DNA of 64,000 bases, taken from contig OX597814.1 of assembly GCA_951406725.2 (NCBI GenBank), positions 55,924,001 to 55,988,000 on the forward strand, in the 5' to 3' direction. This document shows positions 38,637-49,482 of the stretch, piece by piece. Each line of letters opens with the position of its first letter. The stretch's first letter is position 1. The stretch is from Octopus vulgaris. Taxonomy: Eukaryota. A program made the translations under genes and the position numbers. The notes beneath the pieces were generated by a model. That model was not told where the DNA came from. It did not search any database and worked only from the letters and a program-made list of their open reading frames with translations.

Positions 38637-38934
38637 TGCCAGCACCGCCTCGACTGGCTTCCGTGCCGGTGGCACATAAAATACACCAATCTGACCGTGG
38701 CTGTTGCCAGCCCCGCCTAGCACCTGTGCAGGTGGCACGTAAAAAGCACCCACTACACTCACGGAGTGGTTGGCGTTAGGAAGGGCATCCAGCTGTAGAA
38801 ACATTGCCAGATTAGACTGGAGCCTGGTGCAGCCTTCTGGCTTCCCAGAACCCTGGTCGAACCGTCCAACCCATGCTAGCATGGAGAACGGACGTTAAAC
38901 GATGATGATGATATATATATATATATATATATAT

Positions 38935-39300
38935 CTTTTAATTGTTTCAGTCCTTGGACTGTGGCTATGCTGGAGCACTCCCTTGAAGGGTTTAGTCAAA
39001 CAAATTGATCCCACTACTTATTTTTTTCAGTCTGATACTTATTCTGTTGGTCTCTTTTGCCATAACAAACCAACACCAGTGTCAAGCAGTGATGGGGGAC
39101 AGACACAAAAACTCACACATACACGCGTATGTATATATATACATACAATGCACTCCTTTCAGTTTCTGTCTATCAAGTGCATTCACAAGGCTTTGGTTGG
39201 CCCATGGTTATAGTAGAAGTCACTTTCCCCAAGGTGTCATGCAGTGGGACTGAACCTGGAACCATGTGGTTGGCAAGCAAACTTCTTAACACACAGCCAT
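38935..39300 (-). mobile_element. SINE family A
   Basis: Reverse-complement family A tail, body and head. Confidence 0.8.
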
Positions 39301-39351
39301 GGATTTATATATAATATATATGTAGGATAAAAGTACATAATATACTTCCTA

Positions 39352-40050
39352 ACACAGGCATTGCTGCTTGGTTGAGTTTGCTTTGCAGCCATTTGGCTTC
39401 AGATTTAGTCACACTGCATGGTTCCTTGGGCAAGATTCTTGTACTGGAGCCTCAAGCTTGTGAGCAAATTTTGTAGATATAAGTTTAAAAAACCCCATTT
39501 GTATGTGTATATCATCATCATCATCAAACATCCATTTTCAATGCTAGCATGGGTAAGATGGTTTGACTGGGACTGGTAAGCCAGAGAGTTGCACCAGACT
39601 CCAGCTATCTGTTTTGGCTTGGTTTCTCTGGCTGGATGCCCTTCCTAACACTAATCCCTTTATAGAGTGTATTGGGTGTTTCTTATTTGTCACTGGTGCA
39701 GGTGCCTTTTACATGTCACCAGCTCAGGTTGTCACTGGCACAGGTGTGTGTATATATGTATGTATGCATGCATGTATGTATGTATACATATTGTGTTCCC
39801 TCAACATTAGCATGCTGATTGTAAACAAAGTCACCATGCATATAATGAGAATTATGGAGTTATTTATTTGTAATCTTCCATGAAAATATGTTCACCATTT
39901 GAATGGTCCACTGTTCAGAGAAGTAAGGGAAATATTGCCTTGCTTGGAAACAAACAAGGGAACATTGGCAACTGGTTGTAGAAAACCTGCCTTAAAAGAA
40001 TTGATCTGATCTATGCAAGCACGGAAAAGTGTGAGTTAAAACAATGATGA
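39352..40050 (+). mobile_element. A-head/RTE-tail SINE with a nested RTE 3' fragment (39511-39740, minus)
   Basis: Head acaggcattgc..ccttgggcaag; nested atcatcatc...gctggatgcccttcctaac; tail gcttggaaac...gtagaaaacctgcc...gcaagcacggaaaagtg..aatgatga. Confidence 0.65.
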
Positions 40051-42494
40051 TATTGTTTTACAATTTTTCTGTGGTCATGCTGGGGCACTACTTTCAAGTG
40101 TTGTTGTTGATTATATTGCCCTCAGTAGTTTGTATGGTATTTTATTGATCTTAAAGGAGTAAGAAAGACTCAGTCAACAGTTATGAATCCAAATATCACA
40201 AGGTATTTCAGCTCGACTCACCAGTCTTTTTTACTCTCACACTGACCCCCTCCACCTATTTAGATCTCCAAACAGAAACAAATAAATACATAACGATTTA
40301 CTCCTCACACAATTTCTTCAATTAGAGTTTACCTAAGATTTTTCAAAGTACTCCATTCGGTCATGCCATAATATATTTCTTTCAATTTACCCCCAATTAA
40401 GACAAAATTCGAGAAAACTCAATATTTTAACATTTCACTCCGAAAGCATTGATGTACATGTGTGCGTGCGTGAGTGTGTGTGTGTTTGATGGGTTGTGCG
40501 ACACAGAAAGTGTGGTGTGTAAGTGAAGTGCTTTTGTTAGTGTGTGTAAAGAGACAGACAGAGTGAAAGACAGAAATAACTGAACTTTTTTTATTCACTT
40601 TTTGTAGTGAGTGACTGAGAGAGAAAAGAGAGAGAGAGGTTATGTATGTATATATGTATGTATGGCTTCAGTGACACACACACACAAAAACACATACCTA
40701 CGTACACCTAAAGCACGCACACACACACACACACAAGCAGAGCGCGAACTTCAAAATTTTGGTAGTATTAATTTGCGAGCGTACTTCTAAGCGCGCGTAA
40801 TTGAAAGTTTTCACTATGATATCATCACGTGCGAAAAAATTCGAAGGGTTTTGAACAATTGAGATACACATGTCACGCCTGTATTGAAACCATTGCTAAG
40901 CTGCCGTAATTGCTTAATTAAGACTTTGTTTAAATTGAAAGGGGCAAATATGTGACGAGGTTGAAAAAAAATACCCCAGAAAAAAAAATGTACTGCTGGT
41001 ATTTATATAATTCACTACTATTTTGCTACAATGTCATGAAAAAGAAAAAATTTAGGTATGTAAATCGAATTCGCCACCCCCTTTTCCCCGTTCGCGTTTG
41101 TGTAAAAAAAATTATTATTTAAGTTTTAAAAATTATTTACTTTGTTCAAAAAATATTAATATTAATTAATTTTCAAGAATTATTTAATTTTATTCTGTAA
41201 AATAGTAATTAATTCATTTATCTGTAAATCCGCGAGGTTGTTACTCAGGCACCTAGAATGGTAACCTTCAACTAACACTATCTCCTCCGAGACCCTGCGG
41301 TGCAAGTTGACCAAAATTGAGAGTATGGTAGAAGAAGGCTTGCTCTTCCTTCCGTAGAACATAAAATTCAAATCGGACCATGTTAACACCAAAAATTATT
41401 TACATCAAAAAGATGCTTTTTTCTATGAAAATCCCTATTTTTTACGATTTTTTCACTGCTGTGTCGCCACTTTTCGGTGTATTTCGACCAGAAAAATGTT
41501 CACAAAATTTTTACTTTTCAAAATTACAATTCCAGCGGGTCGAAACAAACCCGAGCAACGCCGGGCGATACTGCTAGTATATGATAAAACAGGCGATATG
41601 TCAGTTAGTCATTTTTCTGTTGAGTGTTGTACTTTTGTGACAATAGTTACCCTGTGGGAAATTAATTGTTTTGATGATGTCAGATGCAAATAAGTTAGCA
41701 TGACTGGCATACAAGGTTGTAATCTCAATAGGCTGCAGGAATTGTATCTCCTGTCACTGTGTGGGCTTGATTGAATTTATCAGCCACCACTGGTTTGAAG
41801 TTCATTAATGGGCTGTACCTCCGGTGACAACAATAAGATAAATTATTTTTCCTATTTGTGTGCATTGTTGCTCAAGTTATTGTACTTGTGTAATATGGTA
41901 TGAATCCAGACTTTGGGCATTTTACAGAATGCATTGTAGCAAATAAAACAAAACAGAGATTGTTTATAAGATATTTAGTAACTAAATATCTTATAAAAAA
42001 TTTCTCCCATATACTTTATTTTCTTTCTAATTTTCTGTCTTACCACACAGCCATGCCAGCACACCCAACAAAATAATGACTAACTGACATATCGCCTGTT
42101 TTACTTTATATAGTATCCAATGTGAAAAAGCTGATGTTACTGAACACATCCAGCAGGATGCCAACAATGTGATTCCAACATCCTGTTTCCTGTACCATGT
42201 GAACCTACCAATAAAAGAACTGATGTTGTTATGACCACAAAAACAACCATATGACCTGAACTGACCAGTGGCGGTCTGGAGATCTAAATGGGTGGAGGAG
42301 TCAGTGTGAGAATAAAAAGACTGGTGAAATGCCTTGTGATATTTGGATTCATAACAGTTGACTGAGTCTTTCTTATTCTTTTAAGATCAATAAAATACCA
42401 TACAAACTACTGTGGTCAATATAATCAACAACAACACTTGAAAGTAGTGCCCCAGTATGACCACAGAAAAATTGTAAAACCATATCCATCATTG
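40042..42494. repeat. local inverted duplication (arms 40042-40270 / 42277-42494 and 41578-41627 / 42061-42112)
   Basis: Reverse complement of 42277-42494 matches 40042-40270 with few mismatches; aaaacaggcgatatgtcagttagtcatt is matched by aatgactaactgacatatcgcctgtttt. Confidence 0.9.
40271..41577 (+). mobile_element. Helitron-like element with 5' end missing
   Basis: 3' hairpin cccgagcaacgccggg followed by cgatactgCTAG|t; terminus similar to the 9266-9712 element; CpG-rich interior; 5' boundary approximate. Confidence 0.7.
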
Positions 42495-44416
42495 ATGATG
42501 ATTAGAAGTTAAGAGGCAAGTTTGATAGTAAATTGGATAGTAAAACATAAAATCATTAAATCCAATTTTGTCAGTTGTTTAAAGAGCATAATTAAAGATC
42601 AAAGTTGTTACACAAATTAACGTGGAAGATTAGTTTGTGTTGTAAACTTTTATTGAAAAATAGCTTAGGATTCGATGATATCATGCACATTTTCTCATTA
42701 AATAACAGTGGGTGCTTCTATATTATTTTCTTCAATTAACTGTTATTTAACTTTGTTAATAATTTTTTTCCAGTTATTGATACCGTGAATCCCTTACAAA
42801 AGCAACAAGGCTTCTCCACTCTTGTGTATGAGGGTCAGAGACTATGGTAGTAGGCATGTGTTGTATTTAGCCCCATGTTAGTCCTCACTGAATAGACTTA
42901 TGATCAAAGATATTCCAACTGCAACCATCCTGGTTTTTATGAGCAGGGACCCCAGGACTACATCATCCAACATGTCAGTTTCTAAAACAGTGGGATATCA
43001 TATGATGGAGATGCTATTTATATAGGTGTGTGTTTCCACACTTACAACCAATAGTGAAGGGAACAATACTACTGGAAGTAGTCTAGGTGACTATTTTAAT
43101 AACACATACAATATGATAGTCTGGACTGTAAGTAAACAATTTGAAAACAGCGAGCAAGGTTTTGCATTATCATTACAATATACAAAACAAACAGCAACAA
43201 TAATTCAGATTATTTCAACCCTTATTTCATAATTAAATTGTTAGTTCACTTAGCTGTAAAAATATTTGTTCTAACAATATTACAGTTTGCACAAATCTAA
43301 CAGTTGCACAATCATGCTAAATGTGAGAAAGGAATATAAAACGCTAAAAGACTGAAGCAATTTTACTGGTGTTTTACTATGTAAACCAATTTAAACTTCT
43401 AAGGGCAAATATTTCCTGAATGGACCTAATAATAACAAAGTCTAAAACTCTTTGATTAAAATTTGGTTAAAATATAAATTATTTGGTTACTTATAAACTG
43501 TTATTACTTAAAATATTTTGGTTAAAATATAAATTGAATATGTTGACTCCTTAACATGGAAAACATTTCTTATGGAGATAACATAATTTCTAGACATTTA
43601 TTGCTGAAAAGGAATCAATATAAATTTTATTCCTTAAAGGTTCTTAGACTGTGGATTGAAGAAATGTGTATCTGTCACACTGCATCAGATGAGTGGCCAT
43701 CATAACTAACATATGGAGAGTGGGGAAGCTGAAGAACTGCATCTGTGACACCTAAAGATGTAAGCAGATAGATAGATCAGAAATTCACATAGTGTAATGG
43801 ACAACTGTTCCTAAGAAGCACTCTTCCGCAAGCAACCAATCAACTATGTGGTTAAAGCAGAGGCTCATCTAGAAGGGTTAATCAGATTAAGCAGTTCTTA
43901 ATGATGCTATCAAAACATTGTGAAAGTGAGCATATCCTAAACTAAGATACAGAATGTTGAGTGCAAATGATTTGAAAAAACAATTAAGTACGATAGAGTT
44001 ATTTCAAGGAGAGATGATTTGTACTTATTGAGACAAGATATTGCAAAGCAGATGAACAGGAACTGTAAATTAGTGGTGAGAGATTTTGTGATAGTGTTAG
44101 AGCAAATAAAAGATGGGGAGAAAGTTTAGGTTGGTGAGATCTGAGATTGTAAGACTTCACTAATGAGATGACATAAGATTAAGAGATCAGAAAATATTTG
44201 ACACAATCTATTGAAGAAAAGATGTTAAAGTAATGATTGTAGTGAACAAGATTTTATACAAATATCCAAATATGTTTACTTCCTTACTTATATGATTATA
44301 TTTTTGGTTGCTTACTAAAAATGATTACAAGCCTCTTGTCAAAATTTTGCATCTATTTATAAACAAAATTAAAATAAATAAAAAGAATTACACAAGATTT
44401 GTATATATATATATAA

Positions 44417-44563
44417 GGCTTGGCTGTGTGGTAAGAAGCTTGCTTTCGAACCACATGATTCCAGGTTCAGTCTCACTACACAGCACCTTGGGCAAGTGTC
44501 TTCTACTATAGCCTCAGGCTGACCAAAGCCTTGTGAGAGGATTTGGAGACTTGAAGAAGCCTG

Positions 44564-44607
<44 letters not shown>

Positions 44608-44800
44608 GTGTGTTGACAACTGATGCTGATGTGTTTATGTCCCCTATAACTTAGCAGTTCAGCAAAAGAGACCGACAGAATAAGTACTGGGCTTATAAAG
44701 AATAAGTTCTAGGGGTGATTTCTTTGAATAACACACTTTAAGGTGGTGCTCCAGCATGGCTGCAGTCAAATGACTGAAACAAGTAAAAGAATAAAAGAAC
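44417..44800 (+). mobile_element. SINE family A
   Basis: ggctgtgtggtaagaagcttgc...aaggtggtgctccagcatggctgcagtcaaatgactgaaacaagtaaaagaataaaagaa. Confidence 0.9.
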
Positions 44801-45180
44801 ATATATATATTTGTTTACAAGATTGTACCACATGATCTACTATATTGTATAAAACGATTTAAGCATTACTGACACAGGTTCCAGCATCTCATTTGTATAT
44901 TTTTGGAAAAAACATTGACTAGTAGTAAGACTTGAAAGCTGTTCATTGTCATGAACTAGTATATTTATAGTTGTTATGTATAACTGCTATCCAACTTTGA
45001 AGTAACTAAAAAGTTAGCGGAAGAAATATTCCTTTGAATTCATAGGTATCTTATTTACAATCAGAAAGACTACTGTTTTTTGGATGGGTTTTTTTTTTTT
45101 TGGTTTTTGACTATCTTTTTACAGAATATTTTCTTGGATAGACAGGAGTTGAAATGAAAATAGACTTATTATATCTCTAT

Positions 45181-45408
45181 AATGGCCTAGTGGTTAGGGC
45201 AGCGGACTTGTGGTCGGAGGATCGCGGTTTCGATTCCCAGACCGGGCGTTGTGTGTGTTTATTGAGCGAAAAAACACCTAAAAGCTCCACGAGGCTCCGG
45301 CAGGAGGTGGTGATCCCTGCTGTACTCTTTCACCACTCTAAAGGCGGTGCTCCAGCATGGCCGCAGTCAAATGACTGAAACAAGTAAAAAAAAAAAAAAA
45401 AAAAAAAA
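45181..45408 (+). mobile_element. SINE with family F head joined to the family A tail, poly(A) end
   Basis: tggcctagtggttagggcagcggac...gtttcgattccc head; ctaaaggcggtgctccagcatggccgcagtcaaatgactgaaacaagt tail; A-run. Confidence 0.85.
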
Positions 45409-46184
45409 ATATGTGTTTATCAGAGATTTTCTTTCTATTTTACAGCCATTTTCCCATGAAGACATGGTTTGGATATTTTTTTTATCCCTTCTACAAAATA
45501 TTGGATAGCTTTATATATTTCTGCTAATCTCAGCCATGAAGTGTTGAATCTGTTGTTCGAGAGATTAAATTATTTAGAGTTTTTGTGATTTGCTTTAGGA
45601 AAGAATATTTTGACATTAGAAAATTTAAACTCCTGTTCATGCAATCATTTGTCTTAAATTCAGTCATTGTGCTTCATAAGTTGTATAATGAAATATAGTA
45701 TTAAAATTGTTAACCACAAAGAATTTTCTAATTAGATATCCATCTGAGACTTCTATGGGAGTATGTGACAAATTTGTGTCGTATAACAATTTTTGCAAGT
45801 TTTTGAACAGAGAAAAAAAAAAGAAAATTGCTTCTTGACTGTTTATGGTAGTAACTCAGAATGACAAATGTCACATTTTAAATGAATGACATTTCTCTTT
45901 AAACCATTCTATAACATATCACTCCAAATTAAAAAAGAAACCCCTGAGATTTTCACCTGGGATGTCGAGATTGAACTTCCAATTTGTGGATCAGTTTCAA
46001 ATTTGACAGCAGATATCTCAGTATGTCTCTGGACATAAATTCTACATTGATTCAGTTTGCTTGAAGGTAAGATGTGCCAAGCTTATCTAGTAAAAGTTAC
46101 AGTAGCTGATGTCTGTTCAGAAAAAGAATCATCTCTCATTTGATCAGTAATTATGGAAACTAAGTTGAGTACTAAATGAATGGA

Positions 46185-46242
46185 CATTATTTACATTATT
46201 TACAATTGACGGATATTTGTCCCCATCTTGTTTGTTGTTAAC
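46185..46242 (-). mobile_element. 58-bp 3' fragment of the tRNA/hammerhead element family, with 10-bp TSD
   Basis: Matches ~49105-49162; aatgaatgga at 46175-46184 and 46243-46252. Confidence 0.8.
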
Positions 46243-49159
46243 AATGAATGGATCCTGATTAGAATTAACATGTTTTTTTTTTGTAATTAAACTACTGTAA
46301 TTAGAATGTTATTGGTTAGTTCCAAGTCCATGACTAAGCAAATCTGTAATCAATGGTGATCTATCCACAAACATTCTGTCTTTTCGTATACCTAAGATTA
46401 CATTGTCCAGTATGTCTGCTTCCTTTTTTAAAGATGGTAGGGAGTGATTTTTGGGAAATTTGGCTACTATTTCTTGTAAGTCAAGTGTTCAAGCTGAAGC
46501 TTCCTTCTTGATTTGTAATTGGATTGTTTGAAGTAAATAACAGGTGGTAATGATTGTATTTTCTTTAATGTCTATCTTGGGAATTTTGGAAATCCCTTAG
46601 ATGTTGTGTTATGTTTTATAAGACATTTTGATTGTGGTTCCACCATCCGATACTTTCTCTGAAACTCACTACATGTATATTTATATAAACTGTAGAGTGT
46701 GGTTACTTTCTAATTCCATTCCCTTTGGTACTGCATCTCTGTTGTATAATATCTTTCCTCCTCCCCACCTAACTGATACTCATTCAAATTATATGATAAG
46801 TAAGCTATGCTATTTCATTGGATTTAGCTTATTGTTTAAAGTGTGATATTGACTGTTGTTTATCATTTGCTTACTTTGTTTTGTTACTATCAAATTGCTT
46901 AAGATATATTATTCAAATTGCTTCTGATATATATCTACCAAAAGCATCAGTCAAAACTTCCCAAATCTTCCTTTGTTTTGGCATTCTTGCTTTTAGGCTT
47001 CTCCATGTTGATGTTGTTTGTTAGTTTCATATCAGTCTTAATCAAGCAAACCTATATTCAAAGATGTTCCAACTGGCACCATACTGCTTTTTCTTTTTCT
47101 GCTATAGAGACTGCATCAGTCAATATATCATTTTTGTTTTTAGATGATTAGGTGTAAATTGATAGATATTTGACTCTATTTCTAACTAGTTGAGTGTCCA
47201 TGCTGAGGCTCCTTCTTTATCTCATTTCTGATGTTCGTGTGGTTTCTGATTGGCATTTGAGATCATTACATAAGTCGATAGAAAAAAATTTCTAAGCCAC
47301 GCTGCTTTAAAACATAGAGCAGTTGAAAAATACATTTACTTTTTAACCACCATAATATCAGTCTTTCTATGTTGAAATAATGTTAATTTGATTTGAATTT
47401 ATGACATAATGTCAATTTGATTTGAATTTATGAAAATTGCTATTACTAAATCTTATATTTTTTTTGTTAAAAATTATAAGATGGAGAAGAAAGGAGTTGA
47501 TGAACATTTTTATATGAAAAAAATGTAGTCTACTAAAATGACTCAGCCTAGCTAGGGCTAAAACCTTAAGTGTTCATATCTAATGTTTAATCACATTAAA
47601 CTTTAATGCATATTTTTGCAGATGCAATTATTGCACAATGTACCCTCAGGCTTTTGTTAAATTCTTTGAAATTTTTCTTATCCTCCCACTGAATCTTCTC
47701 AAAGCTTTAAGTATCAATTTATATGTTTACACTTTTTCATAAGTCACTTTTAAATTGCTTTTAAGCAATTTTATAGTAATACCTGTACATTTTTGTGTTT
47801 TTTCACTTGCATTTTTTACATTAGCATTTAATCATTCAGTGACATATTTTGTAAATCTGCTAATACACCAGAACTTAAGATATGCTTTTATTTTTTGTCG
47901 TTTCTGAATAACATCACAATTGTGAACCCTATACAAAATACTGCTTAAATGTTTAGCTGTGAATTTTTTCTTAGAATGTTTGATTTTGAATGGCAAAAAT
48001 GTCTGCTTCTTAATATTTGGCATCATTCATATCAGTGAAGTTTATTGATAGTATTGCTGTTAAGAGTGTTCCTCTCTCTCTCTCCCTAACTCTCTTTATA
48101 TTTCTTTCTCTCATGCACACACACACACACACATTCTCTCTCTTCTATATCAACTAAAGTATTTTTTTTTTGTTTTTATGGTGGGGACGTTAACATTCAC
48201 TGCTGTATCTGAAGAAATCTAGCTTTAAGGTTTACATATTTTATCTTACAAGTGTATGGAATTGTTTGATAATATTTTTTCATACTCTAACTTGTAGAAA
48301 GTATAAAAACTTTTCACAGGTCTAGATTTATAACCCAATATTGTAAGAAATAACAAGATATAAATTTTGTATTTATCTATCTAGGGTACAACTAAATAAT
48401 CAAAACTGCTTTAAAATACCTTTGAACTTTTTTGTCATATTGAATGCTGAACCAATCTATAAGATTGTACATAGTTCTGTGACATGTAACCATGACAATA
48501 TTCAGAAAATAGGCATTTATTTGGTTGTCACTGATTGTGGTTTTGTCAGTTTTCAATCTTAGTTATAACATTCATGTTTTAAACTTCCACGTAGTATATT
48601 TTCAACAAATTAATTTTCAGTCAGTATATCAATATTTTCTCTTTGAGCATTTGATTAATTACTATAAAGTATTTAGTTAAAAAGCTCAAAGATAAAATCC
48701 TACTGAGGTTGATTTTTTTTTTCATTTCATCCTTCCATAGATCAGTGAGGTAAGTAGCAATAGAATGCCAGGCTGTTCTTTCATCCCTAAATTTGTTGCC
48801 TTGTGCTTATTATATTAAAGAATAAATATTTTCTCTTCTCTGCTACTTACTGTATTTCACCCACTAAATGTTACATTACATATGTACTTTACTCCTTCTT
48901 CAAAATTACATTATTATTTTAATGTGTTGAAATATTCTCTATCACCTATTTGTCAAATTATTGCATTTTTCTGGATTTTACGAATGTGAATAGCTACAAC
49001 ATTGCTCAGAAAAAAAAAAAAAAAAAAAAAACTCCTCAGGTGAGGGTTGGGATATTAAATACAATTACAGTTTGTTCTATATTTAAGAGATGAGGAATTA
49101 TGTACATTATTTATATTATTTACAATTGACGGATATTTGTCCTCATCTTGTTTGTTGTT

Positions 49160-49205
49160 AACACAACATTTCGGCTGATATACCCTCCAGCCTTCATCAG
49201 GTGTC
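49160..49205 (-). ncRNA. minimal type I hammerhead ribozyme motif (Penelope-type), one CpG-decay change
   Basis: GACAC CUGAUGA A GGCUG-loop-CAGCC GAAA UGUU GUGUU. Confidence 0.6.
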
Positions 49206-49436
49206 TTGGGGAAATTTCGAACCTGGGCTCTCATTCCTGAGGTATTTTTGATGTTGTTATTATTATTCAGGTCATTGCCTGGAATCGAACTTGGAATCTT
49301 GGGGTTAGTAGCCCGCACTCTTAACCCCAAGATTCCGAGTTCGATTCCAGGCAGTGACCTGAATAATAATAATAATGATATTAACTACATCAAAAAATAT
49401 CTTGGGAATGAGAACCCAGGTTCAAAATCTCCCCAA

Positions 49437-49482
49437 GACACCTGATGAAGGCTGGAGGGTATATCAGCTGAAACATTGTGTT
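49437..49482 (+). ncRNA. minimal type I hammerhead ribozyme motif (Penelope-type), two CpG-decay changes
   Basis: GACAC CUGAUGA A GGCUG-loop-CAGCU GAAA CAUU GUGUU. Confidence 0.55.

Larger units (their letters stand above)
34201..38912 (+). mobile_element. near full-length RTE-clade LINE
   Basis: Putative 5' UTR with internal duplications, single APE-RT ORF, 3' UTR with tandem repeats, (GAT)n tail; (TA)n on both flanks. Confidence 0.95.

Noticed and set aside
38115-38882. 255-aa minus-strand ORF with internal repeats
   Set aside because: Antisense read-through of the RTE 3' UTR tandem repeat; no protein motif.
49265-49362. Possible tRNA gene(s)
   Set aside because: 5' acceptor/D region truncated and embedded in a repeat; treated as a tRNA-derived head. 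The same applies to SINE heads at 8438, 19134 and 45181.
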